Below, in pieces: positions 1-8,408 of a DNA stretch of 32,000 nucleotides (positions within the stretch are counted from its first letter, which is position 1; every line of letters starts with the position of its first letter). Under the pieces are notes generated by a model, which saw only the letters and a program-made list of their open reading frames with translations, was not told the DNA's origin and searched no databases. Where the stretch lies: positions 2,220,001 to 2,252,000 of the forward strand of contig NZ_CP013213.1 in assembly GCF_001545095.1 (NCBI RefSeq), written 5' to 3'. A program made the translations under genes and the position numbers. The stretch comes from Erysipelothrix larvae (GTDB lineage Bacteria; Bacillota_I; Bacilli_A; Erysipelotrichales; Erysipelotrichaceae).

Positions 1-1
1 G

Positions 2-172
2 CAAAATGATCCGATGATCAGTGTTCAAAGCAGTGAAACTTTCTATGATTCAATCGCAAGCATCGATAAAACCCTTGAAATTATTGAAGAAGGTGAACAC
101 GACCTTCTCAGAACACGCTTTTCTGAAGGTGTGATTCGCATGATATCAATTTGGTGTGACCAACGCCTCTAG
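2..172 (+). CDS. 3' end of a CDS entering from the left edge; C-terminus compatible with an alpha/beta-fold hydrolase (weak call)
   Basis: The frame is open from position 2 to TAG at 170-172 (...KTLEIIEEGEHDLLRTRFSEGVIRMISIWCDQRL*). A late G-x-H followed by a short tail resembles the catalytic-His segment of alpha/beta hydrolases. Confidence 0.35.
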   Translation, partial: QNDPMISVQSSETFYDSIASIDKTLEIIEEGEHDLLRTRFSEGVIRMISIWCDQRL

Positions 173-275
173 ATCATTGTTTTGGTTTAGTGTTTTCGAT
201 ATATATTTATCTTATATCTTTTTACGATTCCCCCTATAATGTATAATTAATTCAAAAGGGGAGGACATTTTCAGT

Positions 276-1559
276 ATGAATAAACTGAGAACATTATCAA
301 AAAAATCAAAAATAATCATCGCAGTTATTGCTGTTTTTGTATTTGGAACAATCATGGTTTTCGTTTCAGTCATGAACCAATCTAATCAACCAGAGATTAC
401 GAATGTACCATCAAAACAAGAAGATAAAAGTCTTGAAATATCAAAGGATTCTAGTGATAAAGCATCACGGGAAGACACCTTAGGGGATAAAGAAGTCGAA
501 GAAAGTACCGATGATGCCAAAGAGGGCACCCCTGATTCTGGATCAAAGAAAGACACACAAAATACTGAAGTAAAAGAAACTGGCACAAATTCTGAAAACA
601 GTGCACCAAGTTCAAATTCGAATCAAAACACAAACACTAATAGCAGCTCCAAGAATAATGCAAGTAACAACAAAACAACCAACAACAAGAGTTCAAGCAA
701 CAGTAATTCAAGCAACACTAACTCAAGCAACAGCAATTCAAACAACAGTAATTCAAGCAATAGTAATTCAAGCAATAGTAACTCAAACAACAGCAATTCA
801 AGCAACAGTAATTCAAACAACAGTAATTCAAACAACAGTAACTCAAGCAACAGCAACTCTAGCAACAGCAATTCAAGCAACAGTAATTCGAATAATAACA
901 CACCTTCAAATCCTAACAACAATTCAAACTCAAACACTAATACAAGTAATCAATCAAAAGATACAATCACTAAAAAAGTTGTCAAGGAGGTTGTGGAAAC
1001 ATACCCAGTCGAGGATTCTTATTCTGACGATCCGACACTTCGCCATGGGGCGATTCAATTTATTTCTTCTGGATCTGAAGGAAGCAAAACCGTTGAATAT
1101 GAGATTACCTATACAAATGGGGTTGAAACAAGTCGCAGTGTCATAAACACTCAAACAATTCCTGCTACAAATAATGAATATAAAAAAGGCACAATGCGCT
1201 CAAGTAAAACAGAAGCACAAAATACGCTTTCTTATGTTAACGCCTTAAGAACCACAGATTTGCAATGGAGTGACGAACTCTCCCGGGCTGCTTTGATCCG
1301 TGCTGAAGAAATTGCGACATCATTCTCGCATACTAGACCGGATGGAACGCTTTTTTACACAGTTAGTCAGCAAGCTCATGGAGAGAATATCCAATACGCA
1401 TCTTATGATGTTGATGCAAAAGCTGCTGTCGATACTTGGATTAACTCACCTGGCCATCTTAACAATATGAAGAATTCTTCATGGGTAAGTTATGCAGCAG
1501 CTGTCTATTACCACAATGGTAGTGTTTATTGGGTTCAACTATTTGGTGGTAATTGGTAA
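276..1559 (+). CDS. Secreted or membrane-anchored protein: N-terminal TM/signal anchor, Ser/Asn-rich low-complexity spacer, G5-like domain, C-terminal CAP (SCP/PR-1, YkwD-like) domain
   Basis: ATG at 276 follows GGGGAGG (258-264). There is a hydrophobic N-terminus (IIIAVIAVFVFGTIMVFVSV). A G5-like segment reads KKVVKEVVETYPVEDSYSDDPTLRHGAIQFISSGSEGSKTVEYEITYTNGVETSRSVINTQTIPATNNEYKKGT. The CAP-like C-terminus contains FSHTRPDG, GENI and SPGHLNNM. Confidence 0.85.
   Translation: MNKLRTLSKKSKIIIAVIAVFVFGTIMVFVSVMNQSNQPEITNVPSKQEDKSLEISKDSSDKASREDTLGDKEVEESTDDAKEGTPDSGSKKDTQNTEVKETGTNSENSAPSSNSNQNTNTNSSSKNNASNNKTTNNKSSSNSNSSNTNSSNSNSNNSNSSNSNSSNSNSNNSNSSNSNSNNSNSNNSNSSNSNSSNSNSSNSNSNNNTPSNPNNNSNSNTNTSNQSKDTITKKVVKEVVETYPVEDSYSDDPTLRHGAIQFISSGSEGSKTVEYEITYTNGVETSRSVINTQTIPATNNEYKKGTMRSSKTEAQNTLSYVNALRTTDLQWSDELSRAALIRAEEIATSFSHTRPDGTLFYTVSQQAHGENIQYASYDVDAKAAVDTWINSPGHLNNMKNSSWVSYAAAVYYHNGSVYWVQLFGGNW
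696..890 (+). repeat. 13 tandem copies of a 15-nt unit (consensus AGCAACAGTAATTCA) encoding S-N-S-N-S inside the CAP-protein gene
   Basis: Read directly from the sequence. Units start at 696, 711, 726 ... 876, are in frame, and differ only by synonymous or Ser/Asn-swapping substitutions. Confidence 0.9.
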
Positions 1560-1621
1560 TGACGTTTCTTATGACACGTTAAGTAATCCTGATCTAGGAT
1601 TACTCACAATGATATAACACT

Positions 1622-1653
1622 AAGGATTGATTCATTGAGATGAATCCTTTTTT
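1622..1653 (+). terminator. Rho-independent terminator of the CAP-protein gene
   Basis: AAGGATT (1622-1628) pairs with AATCCTT (1643-1649), followed by a T-run up to 1653. Confidence 0.6.
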
Positions 1654-1703
1654 CATAAATCATACAGATTTTTTGAAGATATCATCCACGGCTGTTTGTG
1701 ATC

Positions 1704-1743
1704 AAAAAATGAGTCCTCTTAGTTTTACTAAAGATGACTCATT
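1704..1743 (-). terminator. Rho-independent terminator of the PTS/aldolase operon (after the PRD regulator)
   Basis: AATGAGTC (1708-1715) pairs with GACTCATT (1736-1743), with additional inner pairing. The A-run at 1704-1709 on the plus strand is a U-run on the minus-strand transcript. It lies just downstream of the stop at 1752. Confidence 0.55.
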
Positions 1744-1751
1744 TCAAAAAG

Positions 1752-3863
1752 TTACTCAACACTCAATTTATTACCATTTGCATTTTCAAAATCTTTGATA
1801 TACTGAATAATCTCATGCGGAGAAGTTGCTTCATCAATGACTTTAAAGAATCTTTGGCTGTTTATTAACTCAAGGAGTATTGACATTGCATTTAAGTGTC
1901 TTTCGTTATCCAAAACACTTAAGAAAAATATATACTTTACAGGATCATTATCTTTACTTCCAAACCTCACGGGCTGTTTTAAGGAAGTAATGCCCAAACT
2001 CCACGATTTTGCTCCTTTTTCTGGCACTGTATGTGGCATGGCAATATGCGGTGCAATCACAAAGTATGGAGAAGTCATCCGCGTTATACGTATGATCTCG
2101 TCAATGTATCCTTGACTAATGCGCTGGGTTTGAACTAGTAATTTTCCCGATTCCCGTATCGCACTTTCCCAATCATTAACATCGAGATTTAATTCCACTA
2201 TCTCTTCATGAATCATATCCGATAATAGCAGGTGTGACTCACTTGATTCTGGTTCAACGATAATTTGGGAATTTAAGTAAACTGTGAGTTCTGACTTCAG
2301 TGCTTCTTGATCACTTACATCACTGTGTCTATTAATAATGTTCATAATGTGATCCACATTTGGCTGGCTAATCCCACTGATATCCAAGCGCATGTATACT
2401 TCACGAATTACATCATATCGCTCTCGAACATCCATAAGTGGACTTACCTTAATAACAGGAACATTCTTATCATAAAGTTCAGGTAATATTTGGGTTGAAA
2501 AAATAATATTTATTGGTTTATAGAAATTACGTACAGAACTGATTTCTATGGGTGGGTAAAAATTAAGTTCTTGAAACATATTTTTAAGTTCATTATATAG
2601 TAATGCAGATGAACCAATCCCATTTGAACAGACTATTAATGCATTTAATTTATTGAGTTTCCCACTGACTGTATTCCGAGAATAGATTGATGCAAAGTGA
2701 ATCGCAAGATAGGCAATTTCATCCTCTGGTATCTCTTCACCAAACAAATCATTAAATGGTCGCATTGTTTCCTTAACAAGCGCATAAAATTCACTGTATT
2801 CTTCTTTTACACGACTACATAGTGGGTTGTATATAGGGAGTTTAAATAAAAGCCTGTAATATGCCGGTCTAAAATGCGAATAAAGTTGCCTGAAAATTTC
2901 TTCTGTTCCTTTATATCTTACACCACTAACATACTCAAATCGATTCATCATTTTCCCGACAATTTCGCTAATGATAATACAATCAGCGCAATCGTCTTCG
3001 ACATTACCTACAGAAATCCCTAAAATCCAAGCAGTCATGTAATACAGTTCTTGATCAGAGATGCGTTCCATAGATTTGTATTGTTGTGTTAAATCTTTTG
3101 TAAAGTTATACTCCTTAAAGGTTTTCATCATATCTGTATCAATAAGTTCTTGGAGTTCAGAATCCAAAGGGTTCGCATTTATAATTCGCGCTCTTAAGAA
3201 TATAGAAATATATATGAATTCCTTAAGCCGATCCTCAACAAAAGATATATCATATGCTTCTGCGAGTTCTTTGATAACCAGTGATGAATACAGTGATGTA
3301 TCCAATTGAAAATCTTCAATAAACGTATCAAAAAATGTTGCGTGTTGTTCAGTGGCTAGTGACATAATGACCAGTTTCATCATAAATCGACGGATGACCA
3401 TCTCACTACCACTTAAGTAGTAACCTCGATCTCTGTTATTGTGGAGTGTAATCCCTGTTCCTTCGAGTTCAAACATGAGGTCTTTTACATCGGCCAATAC
3501 TGTTGATCGACTTACTTTTAAGGAATCCATAATGTAATTCAATTTTACATATTCTTGATTAATAAACAGCATCAGGTAGATATAATCACGTCGTTCCTTA
3601 CGACTAAAGATGTATCGTTCAGAGGCTTGCTGTTCATGGATAACGGACAGGAGGTAGGTTTTTGTTGATTTGGGTAAAACAAAAGCACGATTGGCATCAA
3701 CTGTAATTCTAGGTAGACCTTCAATCTCAAGGATATTATTAACTTTTGACAAACGATACGTGATTTGACGTCTGGTTGCAGTAAATTCATTTTCTGCATC
3801 ACTTAGCGTCGAATACGATCGTTCAATTATGAGTTTAATCAAAGAAATGAGTTCTTTATCCAT
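1752..3863 (-). CDS. PRD-domain transcriptional regulator of the BglG/MtlR/LicR type: N-terminal HTH, PRD region, EIIB-like segment, C-terminal PTS EIIA(Mtl/Fru-type) domain
   Basis: 703 aa. The N-terminal winged-HTH-like segment is STLSDAENEFTATRRQITYRLSKVN. The C-terminal EIIA-2 signature is FVIAPHIAMPHTVPEKG, with NDPVKYIFFLS. It lies 18 nt downstream of the preceding operon gene. Confidence 0.85.
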   Translation of the reverse strand: MDKELISLIKLIIERSYSTLSDAENEFTATRRQITYRLSKVNNILEIEGLPRITVDANRAFVLPKSTKTYLLSVIHEQQASERYIFSRKERRDYIYLMLFINQEYVKLNYIMDSLKVSRSTVLADVKDLMFELEGTGITLHNNRDRGYYLSGSEMVIRRFMMKLVIMSLATEQHATFFDTFIEDFQLDTSLYSSLVIKELAEAYDISFVEDRLKEFIYISIFLRARIINANPLDSELQELIDTDMMKTFKEYNFTKDLTQQYKSMERISDQELYYMTAWILGISVGNVEDDCADCIIISEIVGKMMNRFEYVSGVRYKGTEEIFRQLYSHFRPAYYRLLFKLPIYNPLCSRVKEEYSEFYALVKETMRPFNDLFGEEIPEDEIAYLAIHFASIYSRNTVSGKLNKLNALIVCSNGIGSSALLYNELKNMFQELNFYPPIEISSVRNFYKPINIIFSTQILPELYDKNVPVIKVSPLMDVRERYDVIREVYMRLDISGISQPNVDHIMNIINRHSDVSDQEALKSELTVYLNSQIIVEPESSESHLLLSDMIHEEIVELNLDVNDWESAIRESGKLLVQTQRISQGYIDEIIRITRMTSPYFVIAPHIAMPHTVPEKGAKSWSLGITSLKQPVRFGSKDNDPVKYIFFLSVLDNERHLNAMSILLELINSQRFFKVIDEATSPHEIIQYIKDFENANGNKLSVE

Positions 3864-3881
3864 AACAACTGTTCCCCTTAT

Positions 3882-4766
3882 TTATAGCAAACCATAGAAC
3901 GTTAAGGCTTCTTTAATCTTTTCATCATCACTTGGTGACGTTGGTTTTACTGGCTTTCTTGCCCAACCAATATCTATACCCATCAAGGTAACACATCGCT
4001 TCATGACAGATGGTGTTGTTCCAAGTTTCAATACATTACGCAAAACATCAATCTCTTTTTGAAGTGTTTGTGCTTCTTCAAGTTGATTGGTTTTAATGGC
4101 ATGTATCAGGTTTAAATCATGTTCGCATATGACATTCGCAGTCCCACAAACTGCACCACACGCACCCATAGTATATGCATCCAAGATTTTTGAATCTGAA
4201 CCCACAAGGACTGAGAACTCACGATGTGATGTTGCGTCAATGTATCCTTTAAGGTTATCCATATTCCCAGAGCTATCCTTTATACCAATAATGTTTTCAT
4301 TCTCACTGAGAATCTTTAATGTCGTTGGTTCAATATTGATTCCCGTGTTCTTTGGAATATTATAAAGGATTATTGGGGTGTTTGTCGAATTTGCGACAAA
4401 GGTATAGTGATGCACTAACTCATCTTGTGATGGTACCATAAAGTAGGGTGTTATCACAGAAAACGCGGTTGGCCCAAAGGGTTCAATTGCTTGTGCAAGC
4501 TTGATTGTTTCTTTGGTACTATTACATCCAATCCCTACGTAAACAGGACAACGGTTTGCTGTATATTCTATTACAAACTGGGAAAATGCGATTTTTTCTT
4601 CATGTTCTAATACATGGAATTCACCATTCGACCCTAAAATAAAAAGCCCTTCAATCCCTTTTTCGATTAAGTCATCTATGTGACGTTTTGTTGCTTCATA
4701 ATTAATGCTTTCATCTTCATTAAAGGGTGTGAGTAATGCTACAATTAATCCTTCAACTTTTACCAT
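3882..4766 (-). CDS. DapA/NanA-family class I (Schiff-base) lyase (dihydrodipicolinate synthase family protein)
   Basis: 294 aa. Family motifs are GSNGEF, the conserved Tyr in ILYNIP, and the Schiff-base lysine context IGIKDSSG. It overlaps the upstream SIS gene by 14 nt. Confidence 0.88.
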   Translation of the reverse strand: MVKVEGLIVALLTPFNEDESINYEATKRHIDDLIEKGIEGLFILGSNGEFHVLEHEEKIAFSQFVIEYTANRCPVYVGIGCNSTKETIKLAQAIEPFGPTAFSVITPYFMVPSQDELVHHYTFVANSTNTPIILYNIPKNTGINIEPTTLKILSENENIIGIKDSSGNMDNLKGYIDATSHREFSVLVGSDSKILDAYTMGACGAVCGTANVICEHDLNLIHAIKTNQLEEAQTLQKEIDVLRNVLKLGTTPSVMKRCVTLMGIDIGWARKPVKPTSPSDDEKIKEALTFYGLL

Positions 4767-5373
4767 GTTTTTGCTCCAATATACTTTTCCCTAAACTTCC
4801 ACCTGGATGCCACTTCACGTATTGATCCGGCGTTAATGACTTTTCTTCTTGTAATAAGATACTCAATGCTTGGAGTACTAATACTTCAGCTAAGATGGAT
4901 GCGCGTGGTGGTTTATTTAAAGAATCTCCTTCTTCATGTACCCCAGCATACAAGAATACATCGCCATTCTTTGCAAGCCACGATACTTTTCCACCCGTAA
5001 CTGAGATAATTTTCGCATGATTGCGTCTAAGCGTTTCAACAGTTGCTTGTAGTTCTTGAGTTTCTCCACTGTTAGAAATTGCTATCACGACATCGCCCTG
5101 ACACACTTGACCTGAACTCCCGTGCACTGCTTCGGTTCCATCCAGAAAATATGCAGGAGTTCCTGTGGAGGATAGCAATGAAGCAATGTATCCTGCCACA
5201 TGCCCAGGTTTACCAATTCCTGTAACATGCACTCTTTTGCCGTGTTTTTCTGCTTCGAGAATCAACTGTTTTGCTTTTACTAGTTCATTAGGATCAATGC
5301 CTAATGATAAATCATTTAACATTTCCTGAACTTTCTTAAGGTATGTTTCAATTACCTGATTATCATTCATCAT
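4753..5373 (-). CDS. SIS-domain phosphosugar isomerase/binding protein (KpsF/GutQ/HxlB-like, single SIS domain)
   Basis: 206 aa. SIS motifs are VHVTGIGKPGHVAGYIASLL and GDVVIAISNSGET. It overlaps both neighbouring genes. Confidence 0.8.
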   Translation of the reverse strand: MMNDNQVIETYLKKVQEMLNDLSLGIDPNELVKAKQLILEAEKHGKRVHVTGIGKPGHVAGYIASLLSSTGTPAYFLDGTEAVHGSSGQVCQGDVVIAISNSGETQELQATVETLRRNHAKIISVTGGKVSWLAKNGDVFLYAGVHEEGDSLNKPPRASILAEVLVLQALSILLQEEKSLTPDQYVKWHPGGSLGKSILEQKHGKS

Positions 5374-6106
5374 TGTTTATCCTTTCAATATAGTTTTGGT
5401 GTGAGCGAACAAGCCCGTCACGAATCAGTGATAAGTCATTATAATCCACGACAACATCCAGTTCTTTTTTGAATATCTCACAGAGAGATGGCGTTCCAAT
5501 AATTCCAAATTGATGACCATACTTCTTAGATGCGTCCGACACTTTTTTAATTGCTTTAAGTAAATCGGGATGTTCTTTTTGATCAACAAGTCCCATTGAA
5601 ATTCCTAAATCAACCGGTCCAACAATCACTACATCAATACCGGGTACACTTAAAATTTCGTCGACATTGTCAACACCTTTTTGAGATTCAATTTGAATAA
5701 TTACATTCATTTTTTTGTTAATTTCATTCATATTATTTTGATGACTACCCGAAGGACCGTACTGTGTATTAGCACCACCTGCGTAACTGCGTTTCCCTAT
5801 TGGTCCATATTTACAATAGTCAACCAAGTTTTGTGCTTGTTCTTTTGATTCAATCATCGGTACCATAATTCCCGAAGCCCCACAATCTGCAATTCGCGCT
5901 ATTTCACTTTTTGTTCCTTCACACACACGAACCCAACTATCCAATCCTATTGCGTTTCCATACATAATCAAATCATGCATTCTTGATTGAGATAACACAC
6001 CGTGTTCAAGATCATAGAAAATGAGATCGAACCCATTATCTTTCATCATGCGCGGAAGTGCGAATGTATCGACTATTTTTACCAATATTCCATGTTTTTT
6101 ATTCAT
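5363..6106 (-). CDS. HpcH/HpaI-family (class II, metal-dependent) 2-keto-3-deoxy-acid aldolase
   Basis: Family features include DLIFYDLEHG, a central Arg region and IQIES...VDNVDEI...IDVVIVGPVDL. The start is refined to ATG at 6104-6106 (MNKKHGILVK...), preceded by AGAGAGG. The ORF-track start at 6187 would overlap the EIIC gene. Confidence 0.82.
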   Translation of the reverse strand: MNKKHGILVKIVDTFALPRMMKDNGFDLIFYDLEHGVLSQSRMHDLIMYGNAIGLDSWVRVCEGTKSEIARIADCGASGIMVPMIESKEQAQNLVDYCKYGPIGKRSYAGGANTQYGPSGSHQNNMNEINKKMNVIIQIESQKGVDNVDEILSVPGIDVVIVGPVDLGISMGLVDQKEHPDLLKAIKKVSDASKKYGHQFGIIGTPSLCEIFKKELDVVVDYNDLSLIRDGLVRSHQNYIERINNDE

Positions 6107-6128
6107 ATGTACCTCTCTTAAAATAGAT

Positions 6129-6149
6129 AAGGGCAGATTTTCTGCCCTT
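6129..6149 (-). other. Intra-operon stem-loop between the EIIC gene and the aldolase gene
   Basis: AAGGGCAGA (6129-6137) and TCTGCCCTT (6141-6149) form a perfect 9-bp stem with a 3-nt loop. On the minus strand it is followed by AUCUAUUUUA and then the aldolase ribosome-binding site. Confidence 0.5.
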
Positions 6150-6159
6150 GTTATGTTTC

Positions 6160-7449
6160 TTATAGACCTACTAGGCTTAAAATCCAATGTAGTACTGATC
6201 CCACTATATTGTAGTCAATATTAGGGAATGATGCCTGGCTGATTCCTAATTGTGAGAACGCTGGGAATAGTACAAGCGGCAATGCACAGAGTGCAATTCC
6301 TACGAGGTATGATCCAAGTAATGCACCTTTCCATCCACCATACGCATCTCCAAATACGCCACTTGTTCCTCCTGAGAAGAAACAGATACCTGCAGCTGGG
6401 ATAAATACTGTAGGGCTATTAAATGCGACCATCAATGCAGTTGCAGTAAGTCCACCTAAGAATGCTCCAATAAATCCGATAACAACAGCATTAGGTGCAA
6501 ATGGGAAGATAGCAGGGCAGTCAACTGCTGGTTTTGAATTTGGAATGTATTTTTCAGAAATTGCGACAAAGGCAGCAGTGATTTCAGCGATAAATTGACG
6601 AACACCATAGATTAACACACTCATAGCTGCAGCGAAGTTGAGCCCTTGAATTAATGGTGAAATGAACCATAGATCATTACCAGAGATTTGTTTAACAAGT
6701 TCCACGTTTTCTGGTTTGCCTGATAGCATACATGCGAATACCGCAATATAGAATAATACAACCATAAAGAGTGCAATTGAGAAGATAAAGTCCCTGAATA
6801 ATTCGAAGAACTTTGGAAGTTCAACTGTGCTTGAATCTGATTTTTCTTTTGATTTCGCAAAGAGTTTACCAACCATACCTGAGAAAGCATAACCAATTGT
6901 GTTAAAGTGTCCCATAGCTAAATCATCACTACCTGTGATTTTACGCATAAATGGTTGACACAGTGTTGGCAATGCTGCACCACAGAATCCAAGTAAGATA
7001 CCACCTGCAACAATTACTACGCCTGTTGGCACATCATGAGCAATTAATACAAGTGCAATAACACATGCAAAGTATAAGAAGTGTTGTCCTGTTAAGAAGA
7101 TTGCTTTAAACTTAGTAAACTTAGCAATTACTAAGTTTGAAACAAATCCAACAAGAAGGACTAATGCCACTTCTGTACCATAGGTATCAAGTGCAAGTGC
7201 TGTTGCAATTTCTACTTGCGTTGTTACCCCTTCAATATTAAATCCAGCATTGAACAATGTCGTAAAGTTACCAACAATCGTTCCGATTGCACTTGATCCA
7301 ATACTGAAAATCATAAATCCAATAATTGTTTTTGCTGTTCCTGAGATGATATCTGTCACAGATTTCTTTTGTAATACTAAACCAATAAATGCGATTAACC
7401 CAACGATAAGGGCCGTGTTTCTAGTCTGTGCTAGAATTGCGTCTAACAT
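6160..7449 (-). CDS. PTS EIIC component, ascorbate (UlaA/SgaT) family
   Basis: 429 aa polytopic membrane protein. The N-terminal region (LQKKSVTDIISGTAKTIIGFMIFSIGS) is typical of the UlaA/SgaT family. Confidence 0.88.
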   Translation of the reverse strand: MLDAILAQTRNTALIVGLIAFIGLVLQKKSVTDIISGTAKTIIGFMIFSIGSSAIGTIVGNFTTLFNAGFNIEGVTTQVEIATALALDTYGTEVALVLLVGFVSNLVIAKFTKFKAIFLTGQHFLYFACVIALVLIAHDVPTGVVIVAGGILLGFCGAALPTLCQPFMRKITGSDDLAMGHFNTIGYAFSGMVGKLFAKSKEKSDSSTVELPKFFELFRDFIFSIALFMVVLFYIAVFACMLSGKPENVELVKQISGNDLWFISPLIQGLNFAAAMSVLIYGVRQFIAEITAAFVAISEKYIPNSKPAVDCPAIFPFAPNAVVIGFIGAFLGGLTATALMVAFNSPTVFIPAAGICFFSGGTSGVFGDAYGGWKGALLGSYLVGIALCALPLVLFPAFSQLGISQASFPNIDYNIVGSVLHWILSLVGL

Positions 7450-7470
7450 AATTCTCTCCTCCTATTATTG

Positions 7471-7749
7471 TTATTCCTTAGTTTTCAAAAATTCTTCTAA
7501 TTTTTCATTTATTTCTTCTTTATTTACGATATTTCTAATACCAAGAGCATACGGAACTTTCCCCGAGAGTTCAGCAGTCAAATCATCCATCGTTATTACT
7601 AAATCACCTTTAAACCCAACAAGAGAATCGAGATTCCCATGCTCTGTCTTAATTGGATACCCTTTTTCTTTTATGACTTGATCAACTTTAATCTTAAGAA
7701 GCATACTTGAACCCATTCCGGCTCTACAACAAACTAATGCATTGTACAT
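7471..7749 (-). CDS. PTS EIIB component, ascorbate/galactitol-type (UlaB-like)
   Basis: 92 aa. The active-site Cys context near the N-terminus is LVCCRAGMGSSMLLK. Confidence 0.85.
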   Translation of the reverse strand: MYNALVCCRAGMGSSMLLKIKVDQVIKEKGYPIKTEHGNLDSLVGFKGDLVITMDDLTAELSGKVPYALGIRNIVNKEEINEKLEEFLKTKE

Positions 7750-7754
7750 ATTTG

Positions 7755-8207
7755 TCAGTCCTTTCTTAACTTGTTAATATAATCAATGACTTCATGAGGC
7801 TTAGAAGCAGTATCTAAAACATTAAAGAATGCTTCATCATCAAGTAACTCAGCGAGTGTTGCTAATGCATCAAGATGCTTTGAGTTGTCAACAGCACTTA
7901 ATGTAAAAACATACTTCACTGGATCATTGGACGCGTTTCCAAATTCAACAGGATTCTTTAAGGTTGTAATCCCAATTGCATTTTCTTTCACACCCATTTC
8001 TGGCCTTGCATGCGGTAATGCCACATGGGGTGCAATTACAAAATAGGGACCTGCCTCAATTGCGGAATCAATGATTGCTTGGATATATCCTTCCGTAATT
8101 TTGCCTGCTTCCAATAAAGGTTTCGCTGATTTTCTCACTGCATCAATCCAGTCATCTGCAACAACATCAAACTGAATCATTGCCTCATTCACTAAAATAC
8201 CTAACAT
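7755..8207 (-). CDS. PTS EIIA component, mannitol/fructose/ascorbate type (EIIA-2, UlaC-like)
   Basis: 150 aa. The phosphorylatable-His motif is FVIAPHVALPHARPE, with NDPVKYVFTLS. Confidence 0.88.
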   Translation of the reverse strand: MLGILVNEAMIQFDVVADDWIDAVRKSAKPLLEAGKITEGYIQAIIDSAIEAGPYFVIAPHVALPHARPEMGVKENAIGITTLKNPVEFGNASNDPVKYVFTLSAVDNSKHLDALATLAELLDDEAFFNVLDTASKPHEVIDYINKLRKD

Positions 8208-8250
8208 AATCTAGCCTCTCATTCATCAATAATATTTCTGTTACAACTTC

Positions 8251-8279
8251 ATTTTAAGTGCTCATATGACCTAAAACAA
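8251..8279 (-). promoter_or_regulatory. Candidate sigma-A promoter of the PTS/aldolase operon (TTGTTT-17-TAAAAT on the minus strand)
   Basis: The -10 is the reverse complement of 8251-8256 and the -35 is the reverse complement of 8274-8279, with a 17-nt spacer. It lies about 45 nt upstream of the EIIA start. Confidence 0.35.
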
Positions 8280-8313
8280 TAAATGATGAGTTCAAGTTTT
8301 GTTTACATCATTA

Positions 8314-8331
8314 ACAAAATTTAAATTTTGT
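8314..8331. promoter_or_regulatory. Perfect 18-bp palindrome ACAAAATTTAAATTTTGT; candidate regulator (activator) binding site
   Basis: The sequence is self-complementary when read directly. It is centred about 35-55 bp upstream of the candidate -35. Confidence 0.3.
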
Positions 8332-8408
8332 AAGGAAAATCCCCTTGTGCAAACAATTTTTATACTTTAGAAGCCTTATAATCGACTTTTTTGGCTATTT
8401 TCATCAAA

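Noticed and set aside
601-1146. Long ORFs in an alternative frame (601-1146 +) and on the opposite strand (623-937 -) across the Ser/Asn repeat
   Set aside because: They are by-products of the 15-nt tandem repeat, which is stop-free in several frames. Their translations are pure low-complexity (LLLLE..., IQATV...) and lie entirely inside a well-supported CDS.
1583-1603. Perfect 8-bp hairpin GTAATCCT-GATCT-AGGATTAC after the CAP-protein gene, as a terminator
   Set aside because: It has no adjacent U-run on either strand. The next hairpin (1622-1653) has the T-run and is the better terminator. The first may only be an accessory stem.
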